Below are positions 29,917 through 39,843 of a DNA stretch of 64,000 bases, piece after piece (within the stretch, counting starts at the first letter, position 1; every line of letters begins with the position of its first letter). The position numbers and the translations under genes are program-made. The stretch is from an uncultured Verrucomicrobiae bacterium (lineage in GTDB: Bacteria; Verrucomicrobiota; Verrucomicrobiia; Chthoniobacterales; Terrimicrobiaceae). The notes under the pieces were generated by a model. The model saw nothing but the letters and a program-made list of their open reading frames with translations. It was not told the origin of the DNA and made no database searches. Where the stretch lies: contig CAVPOC010000003.1 of assembly GCA_963706955.1 (NCBI GenBank), positions 64,001 through 128,000 on the forward strand. Reading direction: 5' to 3'.

Positions 29917-30930
29917 TTACAATTCCAAAACAGATTCCAACGGGATGTCGGGATCAAGATTGTGCGCGCGGAGCCACTCGGAATTAAAGAGCTTGGACTG
30001 GTACTTGTGGCCTGAATCGCAAAGCACCGTAACGATTGTTTGACCTGGTCCACCTTGCCTCGCGAATCGCGCTGCGCCAACAATATTGATGCCGGAGGAA
30101 AGCCCGAGAAACAATCCCTCTTCGCGGAGGAGATGATACACAACCGTGAGCGCTGCCTGGTCGCGGATACGGTAGGCCTCGTCGACAATGATTCCCTCCA
30201 GGTTTTTGGTGACCCTCGTCTGGCCGATCCCCTCTGCATACGAATCACCGTCTTTGGTGTCGGTGTTTCCCTTACAGAACCACGACCACATCGCGGCGCC
30301 GAAGGGATCAGCGCACACGGTGGAGATCTTACGATCGCGTTCCTTGAGATAGAGCGACGTTCCTGCGAGTGTGCCTCCCGTCCCGACCGAAGAAACGAAG
30401 GCGGTGACCGCCCCGCCGGTCTGCTCCCAGATCTCTGGTCCCGTGGTGCGGTAATGTGCCAGGCGGTTGGCCGTGTTGTCGAACTGGTTTGCCCAAAACC
30501 ACCCCTTTTCCTCGGAGAGCCGTTGTGCCACCCGATTGTAGTTCCCCGGGTCGGAGTAGGGCTTCTCTGGAACGGTAAGAACTTCAGCGCCCAGCGTGCG
30601 AAGCAGCGTGATCTTTTCGGACGATTGCGTCTCCGGGATAACTATAACGGTGCGATAGCCCTTGGCATTTCCGATGACCGACAGCCCGATCCCTGTATTC
30701 CCGGCAGTGCCTTCCACAATGGTGGCACCCGGTTCTAAACGCCCGCGACTTTCGGCGTCGCTGATGATCCCGAGGGCAGCGCGGTCTTTCACCGAACCGC
30801 CCGGGTTCATAAACTCCGCCTTGCCCAGAATTTCGCATCCGGTCAACTCCGAGAGACGCTGCAGACGGATTAGTGGAGTGCGGCCAACATGGCCTTCCAC
30901 CCCATGGTAAATACTAGCGTTCGCTGGCAT
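29917..30930 (-). CDS. cysK: Cysteine synthase (O-acetylserine sulfhydrylase family)
   Basis: KAEFMNPGGSVKDR PLP lysine, TAGNTG, NQFDN and GTGGT motifs. Confidence 0.9.
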   Translation of the reverse strand: MPANASIYHGVEGHVGRTPLIRLQRLSELTGCEILGKAEFMNPGGSVKDRAALGIISDAESRGRLEPGATIVEGTAGNTGIGLSVIGNAKGYRTVIVIPETQSSEKITLLRTLGAEVLTVPEKPYSDPGNYNRVAQRLSEEKGWFWANQFDNTANRLAHYRTTGPEIWEQTGGAVTAFVSSVGTGGTLAGTSLYLKERDRKISTVCADPFGAAMWSWFCKGNTDTKDGDSYAEGIGQTRVTKNLEGIIVDEAYRIRDQAALTVVYHLLREEGLFLGLSSGINIVGAARFARQGGPGQTIVTVLCDSGHKYQSKLFNSEWLRAHNLDPDIPLESVLEL

Positions 30931-31032
30931 GGCCACAGCGTCCAAAACGGAGATGACCCCGAGCGCAGATGACGTCTCCTTCCCCGAAATCAACTCGGTC
31001 GCGCTTGTCCGGAAATGGTGAGCTTTGGATCT

Positions 31033-32352
31033 TCAAATCACAAAGTCTTTGTACTCTGGTTTGGCCACCTCCGTAGGTGGAAAGAGCATTCCCGCAGCAA
31101 CCGTAGCGTTTGTCCCTTGCTCGATAAGGATGAATGATCCGGTAAGCCGGTTCGTCGCATAAGCATCGAACACGATCGGTCTGGACGTGCGTAAACGAAT
31201 TTCTCCGATGTCGTTCATGGCCAACTCAGGCGTCTCAGGCTCCGGCTCCAGTGTGGAGACGTTGATGCGATGCTCGATTGTGGTCACCACGGCTTGCACC
31301 GTTTGCGTCGTGTGCTTGAGGAAGTACTTCCTGCCGCGCTGCAGCGGGCGCGGATGCATCCAGCAGATCTTGGCGTGCAGATCGGAGCTGGCGCCCGGCA
31401 GATCATGCGGATCCACAAAGACGTCCCCGCGGCCGACATCGATATCGTGCTCGAGCACCAGGGTGATCGACTGTGGACTGAATGCTTCCGGTAGGGTGCC
31501 ATCCAGGGTCCAGATCTCCTTTACGGTGCTGGTAAAGCCACTTGGCAACACCATGACCTGCTGGCCAACTCGGACGATCCCGCCCGCGATCTGCCCGCTG
31601 AAGCCCCGAAAATCATGCAGCCCCGTATCTCGCGGATTGTTCGGGCGATTGACCCATTGGACTGGGAGCCGGAAATCACTCAAATTCCAGTCGCTGCCAA
31701 TGTGAACTCCCTCCAGGTGGCCGAGCAAGGTTGGTCCCGGGTACCACGGCATCTGCATTGATGAATGCACGACATTGTCACCGTGGAGAGCACTGACAGG
31801 AATGAACTTGACGTCTTTCATGTCAAGGCGCGGCAGGAATTCCTCAAATTGATTGCGGATTTCGATGAAACGCTCTTCGCTCCAGTCAACAAGATCCATC
31901 TTGTTCACTGCCACGACGAGGTGAGGAATGCGGAGCAATGAAGCAATGCAGGCGTGGCGTCGGCTTTGTTCGATCACCCCCAGACGCGCGTCAACCAGGA
32001 TGACGGAAAGATTTGCCGAGGAGGCGCCCGTCACCATGTTTCGCGTGTACTGCACGTGCCCCGGTGTGTCTGCGATGATAAATTTGCGATGTGGCGTGGC
32101 GAAGTACCGGTAGGCGACGTCAATCGTAATTCCCTGCTCCCGCTCGGCGCGGAGGCCATCGGTGAGATTCGCCAGATTGATTTCGCCGCCACCGGTAATG
32201 TCGGCAGAGCGCACCAGCGCCTCGAGCTGGTCCTCCATCAACGACTTCGAATCGTAGAGCAGCCGGCCAATCAAGGTGGACTTGCCATCGTCCACGGAGC
32301 CGCATGTATTCAGGCGAAGAAGGTCGGCGGAATAGTGCAGGGGAATTGTCAC
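31033..32352 (-). CDS. cysN: Sulfate adenylyltransferase GTPase subunit 1 (no APS-kinase fusion)
   Basis: GSVDDGKST, EREQGITIDVAYRYF, DTPGH and NKMD motifs; GTG start just after the cysD stop. Confidence 0.95.
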   Translation of the reverse strand: MTIPLHYSADLLRLNTCGSVDDGKSTLIGRLLYDSKSLMEDQLEALVRSADITGGGEINLANLTDGLRAEREQGITIDVAYRYFATPHRKFIIADTPGHVQYTRNMVTGASSANLSVILVDARLGVIEQSRRHACIASLLRIPHLVVAVNKMDLVDWSEERFIEIRNQFEEFLPRLDMKDVKFIPVSALHGDNVVHSSMQMPWYPGPTLLGHLEGVHIGSDWNLSDFRLPVQWVNRPNNPRDTGLHDFRGFSGQIAGGIVRVGQQVMVLPSGFTSTVKEIWTLDGTLPEAFSPQSITLVLEHDIDVGRGDVFVDPHDLPGASSDLHAKICWMHPRPLQRGRKYFLKHTTQTVQAVVTTIEHRINVSTLEPEPETPELAMNDIGEIRLRTSRPIVFDAYATNRLTGSFILIEQGTNATVAAGMLFPPTEVAKPEYKDFVI

Positions 32353-32359
32353 GGGGAAG

Positions 32360-33262
32360 CTAAAAATATCCAACCTTCTTGCGGTCCTCCATGGCTGCGT
32401 CCGAGGCCTTATCGTCGGCACGCGAGCCGCGCTCTGTCACCCTGGCGACGGCAAGTTCGGCAATAATGTCATCCACATTGTCGGCAGGCGACTCAACACA
32501 GCCGGTCGTGATGATGTCGCCGATCGTCCGAACTCGGACCACCAGCTCCTGGATCTGCTCACCGGTCTTGGGCGGAATGAGGTCGTTCACCGGCAACCAC
32601 TGTCCGTGTCGGCGAACGCACCGCCGTTCATGGCTGAAGTAGATCCTGGGAACTTCCAGTCGCTCTTTGCGGATATACTCCCAGACGTCCAGTTCCGTCC
32701 AGTTGCTCAAAGGGAAGACACGCATGTTTTCGCCGGGGTTAAGTCTGGCATTGTAGAGGTTCCAGATCTCCGGGCGCTGATTCTTGGGGTCCCACTGACC
32801 AAAAGCATCGCGAAAGCTGAAGAAGCGCTCCTTGGCGCGAGCCTTCTCCTCATCGCGCCGAGCTCCACCGATGCAACAATCAAAGCCAAATTCTTCAATG
32901 GCGGCCAGCAGCGTAGGGATTTGGAGATGGTTGCGATTCACCTGGCCAGGAGCAAGGACGGCAATTCCCTTTTCAATGGCTTCATCGACGGTCCTGACGA
33001 TCAGCCTTGCCCCAAGTTCCATGGCGCGGCGGTCTCGAAATTCGTTCAGTTCGGGAAAGTGGTGCCCGGTGTCTATATTTAAAAGCGGCGTCGGGAGCTC
33101 CGAGGGACGGAAGGCCTTTTCGGCCAAACGAAGCAAGCAGATCGAGTCCTTGCCCCCCGAGAAGAGAAGAGCAGGGCGTTCGAACTCTGCCGCCACTTCG
33201 CGCATCACGTGGATGGCTTCGGTCTCGAGGTATTGGAGATGGTCGAGAAAGTAACTGCTCAT
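32360..33262 (-). CDS. cysD: Sulfate adenylyltransferase subunit 2
   Basis: FSGGKDS, GARRDEEKARAKER, WDPKNQRPE and MEDRKK.GYF motifs. Confidence 0.96.
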   Translation of the reverse strand: MSSYFLDHLQYLETEAIHVMREVAAEFERPALLFSGGKDSICLLRLAEKAFRPSELPTPLLNIDTGHHFPELNEFRDRRAMELGARLIVRTVDEAIEKGIAVLAPGQVNRNHLQIPTLLAAIEEFGFDCCIGGARRDEEKARAKERFFSFRDAFGQWDPKNQRPEIWNLYNARLNPGENMRVFPLSNWTELDVWEYIRKERLEVPRIYFSHERRCVRRHGQWLPVNDLIPPKTGEQIQELVVRVRTIGDIITTGCVESPADNVDDIIAELAVARVTERGSRADDKASDAAMEDRKKVGYF

Positions 33263-33317
33263 CGAACGAGGCGGCGATCCTCAGGCCTCTGGCTTCCGGC
33301 GTCCAGAGGAAAGGGAG

Positions 33318-33974
33318 TCAAGCCTTAATGGCCTCTCGCCCCCAGGCCGCATGGAGACCGCACTCGCGCTTCTCGTCAGCTTTGGCCGGATCAAAATAAT
33401 CCCACTCGTTGGGTAGCTCGTGCTTCTCGAGATACTCTTCGAGGTCCGCATCGCTCCAGTAGAAAACTGGATTCACCTTCAAGGTTCCAAAGTTCTCGTC
33501 GCGCGAAACGATATCAAGGCCAGCTCGGTTAGGATTCTGAACCTTGCGCAACGCGGTGATCCAGACCCGCGGCGCCAATTCTTTCATCCCCCGTTGGAAC
33601 GGTTCCAGTTTCATCTTCGCGCTGAATTCCTTGAGCCCCTCCTCGTCTTCAATCGAAGGAATCGGCCCATGGAGGGCGTCGCGATGTGCGGCGCTCATTT
33701 GCGGAAGATAGGCACGGAGGTTAAGGCTTAACAGGCTGCGCAGCTCCTCGGCGTGCTTGTAAGTGGCTGGACGGTTGTATCCATGGTCAACCCACAGCAC
33801 AGGAATGTTAGGCTGCGCTTGGACTGCCAAATGCAAGACGACCGCCTCGTAGGGGCGAAAATTCGTCGAGACAATGGCACGGCCATCCGCTTGCCGCACC
33901 GCCCAACGCGTGATTTCCAGCGGAGAGAGTCGCCGGAGTTCGACGTTCCATGCGGTAATCTGTTCGGACGTCAT
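33318..33974 (-). CDS. cysH: PAPS/APS reductase without Fe-S cysteines
   Basis: C-terminal KRECGLH, KLEPF and operon context; only one Cys in the protein. Confidence 0.88.
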   Translation of the reverse strand: MTSEQITAWNVELRRLSPLEITRWAVRQADGRAIVSTNFRPYEAVVLHLAVQAQPNIPVLWVDHGYNRPATYKHAEELRSLLSLNLRAYLPQMSAAHRDALHGPIPSIEDEEGLKEFSAKMKLEPFQRGMKELAPRVWITALRKVQNPNRAGLDIVSRDENFGTLKVNPVFYWSDADLEEYLEKHELPNEWDYFDPAKADEKRECGLHAAWGREAIKA

Positions 33975-33975
33975 C

Positions 33976-35712
33976 TCAGGCCGGCATCAGCGCGGAAGCC
34001 TCCTCTGGCGTGCCAACACTATGAATGGTCGCGTCCGTGGGCAGAATGACTCGGTCGCAAAAATCGCCAAAGCCTTCCGCCTCGTGCCGCTCGAGAGCGT
34101 AACGCTTGACCACGGGCCTGAGAAGCTCGATCGCCTCGTCGATGGTGATGCTTGGCGAGACCAACCGGCCAAGGCGGGTGCCATTGTAACCTGCGCCCAG
34201 ATAGAGCGCGTACTTATTTGGAGCTCTTCCGACAAAGGCGATTTCACCCAAAAACGGACGCGCGCATCCGTTCGGACACCCGGTTATTCGCAGACTAATG
34301 GCATCCTCACTCAGGCCAGCTTCCTCAAGGATCGGATCAAACTTCTCGAGAATATCCGGCAACACCCGCTCGCTCTCGGCAAGCGCGAGCCCGCACGTTG
34401 GCAAGGCCACACACGAGAGCGCATTGAGGCGCATCCCGGAGCGCTTGTTCTCGCCCGCGAGACCGTGTCTTGCGAGGATCTCCTCGATTGCGGCTTTTTG
34501 CTCGGTAGTGACTCCCGAAATAGTCAAGTTTTGCGAGGGAGTCAGACGGAAATCGCCGGTGTGGACCTTCGCGATTTCACGGAGCGCGGTTTTCATCGAC
34601 CAGCCGGGCACATCTTTGACACGGCCGCTCAAGATATGGAGACCATAGAACCATGTCCCATCCGCGCACCGGTGCCATCCGTGCGGATCTTGGATCGTCA
34701 GAAACTCAAACTCATGAGCCGAAGCAAACTTCACCCCCGACAGCCTTTCGACCTCCCCTTTGAACCAGTCCAACCCGCGGTCTGCAATCGTGTATTTCAG
34801 ACGCGCGTGGCGACGATTGGTGCGATCGCCGTAGTCTCGCTGGGTAATGAGAACGGCACGCCCTACGGCATTGACCGCATCCGGGCTAATGAACCCGAGC
34901 AGCTCTGCGAGCTTCGGATAGGTTTCCACATTGCCATGGTTCATTCCCATGCCCCCACCCACGACCACGTTGTAGCCGGCCAAGCGATTGTTCTCGATGA
35001 CTGCTATAAACCCGAGATCCTGTGAAAAGACGTCCACATCGTTCGACGGAGGCAAAGCGAACCCCGTCTTGAACTTGCGTGGGAGATAGGCGGACCCATA
35101 GATTGGTTCAGCTTCCGGCTCCCCGCCTGCAACTAGCTCCTCGTCCAGCCAGATCTCGTGATAGGCGCGGGTCTTCGGAAGCGCGTATTCGCTCCATCCC
35201 TTGGCCTGATCATAGACACGTTGGAGAATAGAATTCCTTTCCGGGTTCGGCGGCGCCATCACATTGCGGTTGACGTCCCCGCAGGCCGCGATCGAATCGA
35301 GCAGCACCTCGTGCATGCCTTGGATGAGCGGCTTGACGTTCCCCTTAAGGACCCCGTGAAATTGAAAGGTCTGCCGAGTCGTTAGACGCAATGAGGGGGG
35401 AGAGGAAAACTTCTCGGAAAGGGCATCCAGCACGAGCCACTGCTGCGGTGTCGCTCGCCCCCCAGGCAAACGAACACGCAACATGAAGCCAAACGCCTTC
35501 TCCTTGCCCGATTTCTTCAATGCTACCCTTTGATCACGATCATCTTGCAAATAGAGGCCATGGAACTTCGTGAGCTGGCTGTTGATGTCGGAAATGGCGC
35601 CGGTGGACTGGTCAGCGACGTCCTCCGCGATGGTGCCGCGCAAAAGCTTCGAGCCGGCTTTGATTCCCTCGTTGGCCGATGGACTCTTGATTGGTTTGGC
35701 GTCAGCACTCAT
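33976..35712 (-). CDS. cysI: Assimilatory sulfite reductase hemoprotein subunit
   Basis: KFHG.YLQDDRD, TTRQTFQFHG, ACGDVNRN, YLPRKFK, CVALPTC and TGCPNGC siroheme/4Fe-4S motifs. Confidence 0.96.
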   Translation of the reverse strand: MSADAKPIKSPSANEGIKAGSKLLRGTIAEDVADQSTGAISDINSQLTKFHGLYLQDDRDQRVALKKSGKEKAFGFMLRVRLPGGRATPQQWLVLDALSEKFSSPPSLRLTTRQTFQFHGVLKGNVKPLIQGMHEVLLDSIAACGDVNRNVMAPPNPERNSILQRVYDQAKGWSEYALPKTRAYHEIWLDEELVAGGEPEAEPIYGSAYLPRKFKTGFALPPSNDVDVFSQDLGFIAVIENNRLAGYNVVVGGGMGMNHGNVETYPKLAELLGFISPDAVNAVGRAVLITQRDYGDRTNRRHARLKYTIADRGLDWFKGEVERLSGVKFASAHEFEFLTIQDPHGWHRCADGTWFYGLHILSGRVKDVPGWSMKTALREIAKVHTGDFRLTPSQNLTISGVTTEQKAAIEEILARHGLAGENKRSGMRLNALSCVALPTCGLALAESERVLPDILEKFDPILEEAGLSEDAISLRITGCPNGCARPFLGEIAFVGRAPNKYALYLGAGYNGTRLGRLVSPSITIDEAIELLRPVVKRYALERHEAEGFGDFCDRVILPTDATIHSVGTPEEASALMPA

Positions 35713-35784
35713 ACAAATGCTCGACTCGGAGACTCACTCCAGGCCCTGTTTCGCTGGTGCAATCTTCACGGAGTCGAAGGTTGT
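35713..35784 (-). promoter_or_regulatory. Structured 5' leader of cys operon (long imperfect hairpin abutting the cysI ATG)
   Basis: Nested complementary segments ACAA/TTGT, TCGACTC/GAGTCGA and CCAG/CTGG; a TTGACT -35-like hexamer lies upstream on the minus strand (~35814). Confidence 0.4.
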
Positions 35785-35851
35785 GCACTATTGCTCACGA
35801 ACAACGATAGTCAAGGTCGTCTTTCGATTGGATTTCGGGCCACCTCCACCC

Positions 35852-37099
35852 TCACGCCCGAAAATCCGGCGCCTCGGGATTTGCTTCGGGCCCAAAATAG
35901 CGAAGGACGACCAACGGCTCGGTTTCGCTTCGGTTTTCGTAAGTCACGCCCCTTCTCGCCCCCTCCTCAGTAACGAAGCACTCGTCCTCGGTGAGTTCGT
36001 GGAAACGAATCAGCGTCGGGCTGTTGAGGGCCAAGCCGTTGATACTGCCGCTGCCTTGGACACAGATCAGTCCGTAGGCTCCGGCATCCTTGATCGTCGC
36101 CTTCACGCCCGGAGAGAGGGTGAGTTCTTTGGCAGTGAATAATTGTTCGCCACCGATTTTGCCATAGACGATCCAGCGATCGAGATAACCCTCGCTTTGT
36201 GAATCGGCGACCGGCACCGGCTCCAAGTAGTGATGTTCCTTGAATTCCGGATCTACATTTTTTTCCCAATCGAGTTGCTCCACGATGAAGTCGAGGTCGT
36301 GGTGAAATTCAGCGGGCATACATTTCACAAGGAGTTCCCACGGGACAAAGCGACCCTCGACAAGGTTTTGATACATGGCAAAAACGTCCGATCCCCACTG
36401 AGGTTCATAGGTGCAGAGCGAACCCGGCGCATGCAAGATGCATGGGTCGATGAGCCATCCGGAGCCGATCTTGAGCCGATAGCTTTTCGAGAGATCAAGG
36501 ATCCCATTGTCGCCCTGGTTCCAGTTCTCCAGACATTTTCGAACCTCCGCCTTACTGGTGCCCGGCTCGAGACCCATGAACGTGTAAGGGAAATTGTTGA
36601 CGACGTAATTGTGTTGTGGCGGAAAGTAATAAGACTCCGGCTTGCCTTCCTGCCCGACCAAGGCAGCCTGCGCCGCACTTTGATGCATGTGGTGCGGGAT
36701 CGGCCCCATGTTATCGAAAAATTTCGAGTAAACTGGCCATTTCTTGTATTTGTCCCAAATCGTCTCACCAACCAGCGTGCTGCCACACTCGGCGACGGCT
36801 TGCTCCAAGGTGAAGCGATGCCCTCCAACGACGATGTAGCTTAGGCCCTCGTCCGGGGTGCGCCCTTCGTTGGCCGCAGGCGTCGTCGAGGCGAACCAAC
36901 GTTCGTCAATTCCTCCGCGGTTCAATCCGTAGGCATAAAGATCGTCCGGGTGCAGTTTCAGGCGCTTGCCCGGCTGAAGGAAATCGCGCGGAACCCAGCA
37001 CGGGGCGAGGCGAAGAACGCCACCTGTCGCGGAGATCTCTGCCTCAACCAAATGCGCAACGTTCGCGCTGAGCGTTTTCAGGGATACAATCGTTTCCAT
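35852..37099 (-). CDS. Phosphomannose-isomerase-like cupin protein of unknown substrate
   Basis: PHHMHQ, GKPESYYF and ILHAPG match the type I PMI metal-ligand pattern. Confidence 0.65.
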   Translation of the reverse strand: METIVSLKTLSANVAHLVEAEISATGGVLRLAPCWVPRDFLQPGKRLKLHPDDLYAYGLNRGGIDERWFASTTPAANEGRTPDEGLSYIVVGGHRFTLEQAVAECGSTLVGETIWDKYKKWPVYSKFFDNMGPIPHHMHQSAAQAALVGQEGKPESYYFPPQHNYVVNNFPYTFMGLEPGTSKAEVRKCLENWNQGDNGILDLSKSYRLKIGSGWLIDPCILHAPGSLCTYEPQWGSDVFAMYQNLVEGRFVPWELLVKCMPAEFHHDLDFIVEQLDWEKNVDPEFKEHHYLEPVPVADSQSEGYLDRWIVYGKIGGEQLFTAKELTLSPGVKATIKDAGAYGLICVQGSGSINGLALNSPTLIRFHELTEDECFVTEEGARRGVTYENRSETEPLVVLRYFGPEANPEAPDFRA

Positions 37100-37194
37100 A
37101 ACGCAAAGAGCGCGCTCACCCGAGCATATTGGCGGGAGGATAGACACCGCAAGCCCGTTTGCAAATCCGGAGAGTTGCTTACAGCACGCCATCC

Positions 37195-37286
37195 TGTAGC
37201 GACGATGTCCCCATCGTCGAGGGCTGTTGTAGCGACGGTGTCCTCACCGTCGAGGGCCCTCCGGCGGCGGGGACGCCGCCGCTACA
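37195..37286. repeat. REP/REPIN-like triplet (two direct copies plus one inverted)
   Basis: TGTAG-CGACGATG-TCCC-CATCGTCG-AGGG, TGTAG-CGACGGTG-TCCT-CACCGTCG-AGGG, CGGCGGCG-GGGA-CGCCGCCG-CTACA. Confidence 0.8.
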
Positions 37287-37658
37287 GGAATCGTCGCATC
37301 AGCCTCATCACCCCCGCCGCAACGATCCAATTCTCAACCGGCGGAAGCCTTTGGCAACGTCACAGTCAGCATGTTTTCCTTTTGTTCCCCGCTTGAACGG
37401 TCCTGGAAGCGAGAGAACTTGGGAATACTGAGCCTTTCTCGAGGGGAACGATCCGTCCCCTTGCTCCTGCTGGTATGAGCTTCTTCCACGGATTCAAGTC
37501 AAAACCAACCTGTACCTCGCGTAGGCAGTTCAGGAATTCCCTTCCTCCTGCCGTCTCAAGTCTTGAACTCTTCTCCTAAAATGTTCCCTGGCATGAAGTC
37601 GCAGGCAGGCTCACATGCGCTCATCAAAAAAGGGACTAAGAGGTCTTCTGCCCATAAA

Positions 37659-38774
37659 CTAGCCTGTTGGGCGGCCCAGGTTCCGGCACAGCTCGAATGC
37701 CCGCTGGCGCAATAGCGATTTGGAATTCTTCATCGCTTGTTCCAACGTGGTGTCATCCGAAACCAGCGAAGAGAGATGATCGAAATGACTCGCCAGAAGT
37801 GAACGGTCTTCGATAACGCCCCCAATAGCCCAGACCGGCTTTCCAAGCTCTTTAGCCAGCGAGGCAACTCCATAAGGCCCCTTTCCTTGTAACGTCTGAA
37901 AATCCACCCTCCCTTCGCCGGTGATGACTATATCCGTTGACGCCATCCGCTCTCGCAAACCGACTTTCTCTGCGACCACGTGAAAACCTGGCATGATCTG
38001 CCCCTTTAGGAACGTCAACACCCCGTAACCGAATCCGCCCGCCGCTCCAGCGCCTGGCGTGCTCGAGAAATTTGTTCCGAGATCGCGTTCGACTAGGCGA
38101 GTCAGACGCGCAATATTTTCATCAAGCGCTGAAACTTCGTCGTGGGTGAGTCCCTTCTGCGGTCCGAAGGTCCAGGTGGCACCCTCCGGTCCCATCAGAA
38201 CAGTCTCAACATCGGCGAGTGCGATCACCTGCGCAATGCAGGCGATGGCAGGTGCCTGGATTCGTTGGATCTCAGAAAACGCGGATGGGAGCGGCTCGAC
38301 CAAACGATTGTCGTGATCGTAAAATTGATACCCAAGAGCCGCGGCCATACCAAGGCCGGCATCAACTGTCGCACTCCCTCCGAGGCCGATAAAGATCTGT
38401 TGAAGACCGCTCTCGATGATATGTCGGATGATTACGCCGGAGCCGGAAGTGCTCGAACGCAGAGGGGCCCGATCGTCAGGGCGCACTCGCCAGAGGCCGG
38501 AAGCCTCGCTCACATCAAAAATCGCGTCAGTTCCTTTGCTGAAATATTCAGCGGTAATCCTTCGGCCCAACGGATCAAGGGAGTCAACTGTATGAGTATC
38601 GGCATCTAGTTGAGCGGCTAACAGCTTCGCAGTTCCTTCTCCTCCGTCAGCGATTGGAAGCAGATCCACCTCAGCGGTCGGATCGCCGTCACGCAATCCT
38701 AAAGCGATCGCCTCCGCGACTTCCAGCGCGGCCATAGTGCCTTTGAATTTGTCCGGAGCAACCAGGTAACGCAT
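37659..38774 (-). CDS. glxK: Glycerate kinase (GlxK/GarK family)
   Basis: APDKFKGT, PIADGGEGT, GLGGSATVDAG, FGPQKG, GAAGG and ITGEGRVD motifs. Confidence 0.92.
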   Translation of the reverse strand: MRYLVAPDKFKGTMAALEVAEAIALGLRDGDPTAEVDLLPIADGGEGTAKLLAAQLDADTHTVDSLDPLGRRITAEYFSKGTDAIFDVSEASGLWRVRPDDRAPLRSSTSGSGVIIRHIIESGLQQIFIGLGGSATVDAGLGMAAALGYQFYDHDNRLVEPLPSAFSEIQRIQAPAIACIAQVIALADVETVLMGPEGATWTFGPQKGLTHDEVSALDENIARLTRLVERDLGTNFSSTPGAGAAGGFGYGVLTFLKGQIMPGFHVVAEKVGLRERMASTDIVITGEGRVDFQTLQGKGPYGVASLAKELGKPVWAIGGVIEDRSLLASHFDHLSSLVSDDTTLEQAMKNSKSLLRQRAFELCRNLGRPTG

Positions 38775-38970
38775 GTGAAATGAACTCCCCCCGGCTTTTA
38801 AAGGTCTACCAGATTGTGACTAATCGAGCTCCGCCAGAGCGAAAGAGCCAATTCTTCTCTAACACAAGGACGGTCTGCTAAATGGCCAAAATCAGCAAAC
38901 CAAACAGACAATTCCCCGATCAGGTGAACCTTAGGAAAGGTCTCAGGCCAGGTGTTCATCGATCGTGTCA

Positions 38971-39788
38971 TCAGAGAAAAGTCTCCAAAAACTCGGTGAT
39001 TGCTTTGTGAAAGTCTTTCAGATAAGGGCCCTACTCACGGCTTTTGGCGTAACCGAAACAAGCCGGGAACCAGGGATGAGCTGCGAAATTCCAGCGGCGT
39101 ATGAAAGCGGATGGATGTAGTCGATGTCGTGCCCGATAATGAGAGTAGGGATCTCCAGATCACGAAGGTCTTCTTCTGATACGCCCGGACCATCAGCCGC
39201 AATCACCTGAAGCAGCGCAGCTGTAGTTGCTTGCGGCTCTCGAGAAAAGAAGTTCCTTAGAGAGGCGAGATTATCGGGCGCTTTCTCCGCGAGAAGCCTG
39301 GCGATCTCGCTAGCCTCAAAGGCCTTTCTCGCATCCTCCTGTGACAGTTCCGCGAGAAGCCGGCCGACCAGTGCGTTCGGGACATTATTAGCTGGAGCGG
39401 ACGCCACAATCCACGCTGGGCGGGCTAAAATTAGACCTCGTGCGATTCCAGGCCGGTGCACCGCAAGATGCAACGCGATAGCCGCCCCCATCGAGATGCC
39501 GCCGACAACGATAGGCGCAAGCCGGTGCGCATCGATGAAGGCCGCCACATCAGAGGCGAACGTGCGAACGGAGAACAGCCCGGGGTCGCCGGCTTCAGAT
39601 CCACCGTGGGCACGTGACTCAATGGTAATTCGACGGAAACGGTGATCTCGAGGGAAGGCCTCGATGGTCTGTCGCGAGTCGCCGCACAGCCCGTGCTGAA
39701 AGATAACCGGAAGCCCGTTTCCACCTGCATCATCCACGTTGAGGACCGGTGCCCCCGTCTGCGAGAACTTAGGGCCAATCGCTATCAT
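38971..39788 (-). CDS. Alpha/beta hydrolase, frameshift near 39027
   Basis: FQHGL, GISMG nucleophile elbow and D..HP; a 1-nt shift restores YLKDFHKAITEFLETFL*. Confidence 0.82.
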
Positions 39789-39843
39789 CAGTTAGGCATA
39801 AGTGTGCGCGGCATCGTGAGTATGTAACAAAATACGAGTAAAT

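Noticed and set aside
37195..37286. Tandem ~33-bp palindromic repeats as a mini CRISPR array
   Set aside because: There are no unique spacers of CRISPR length, the third unit is inverted, and no cas genes are present; REP/REPIN architecture fits better.
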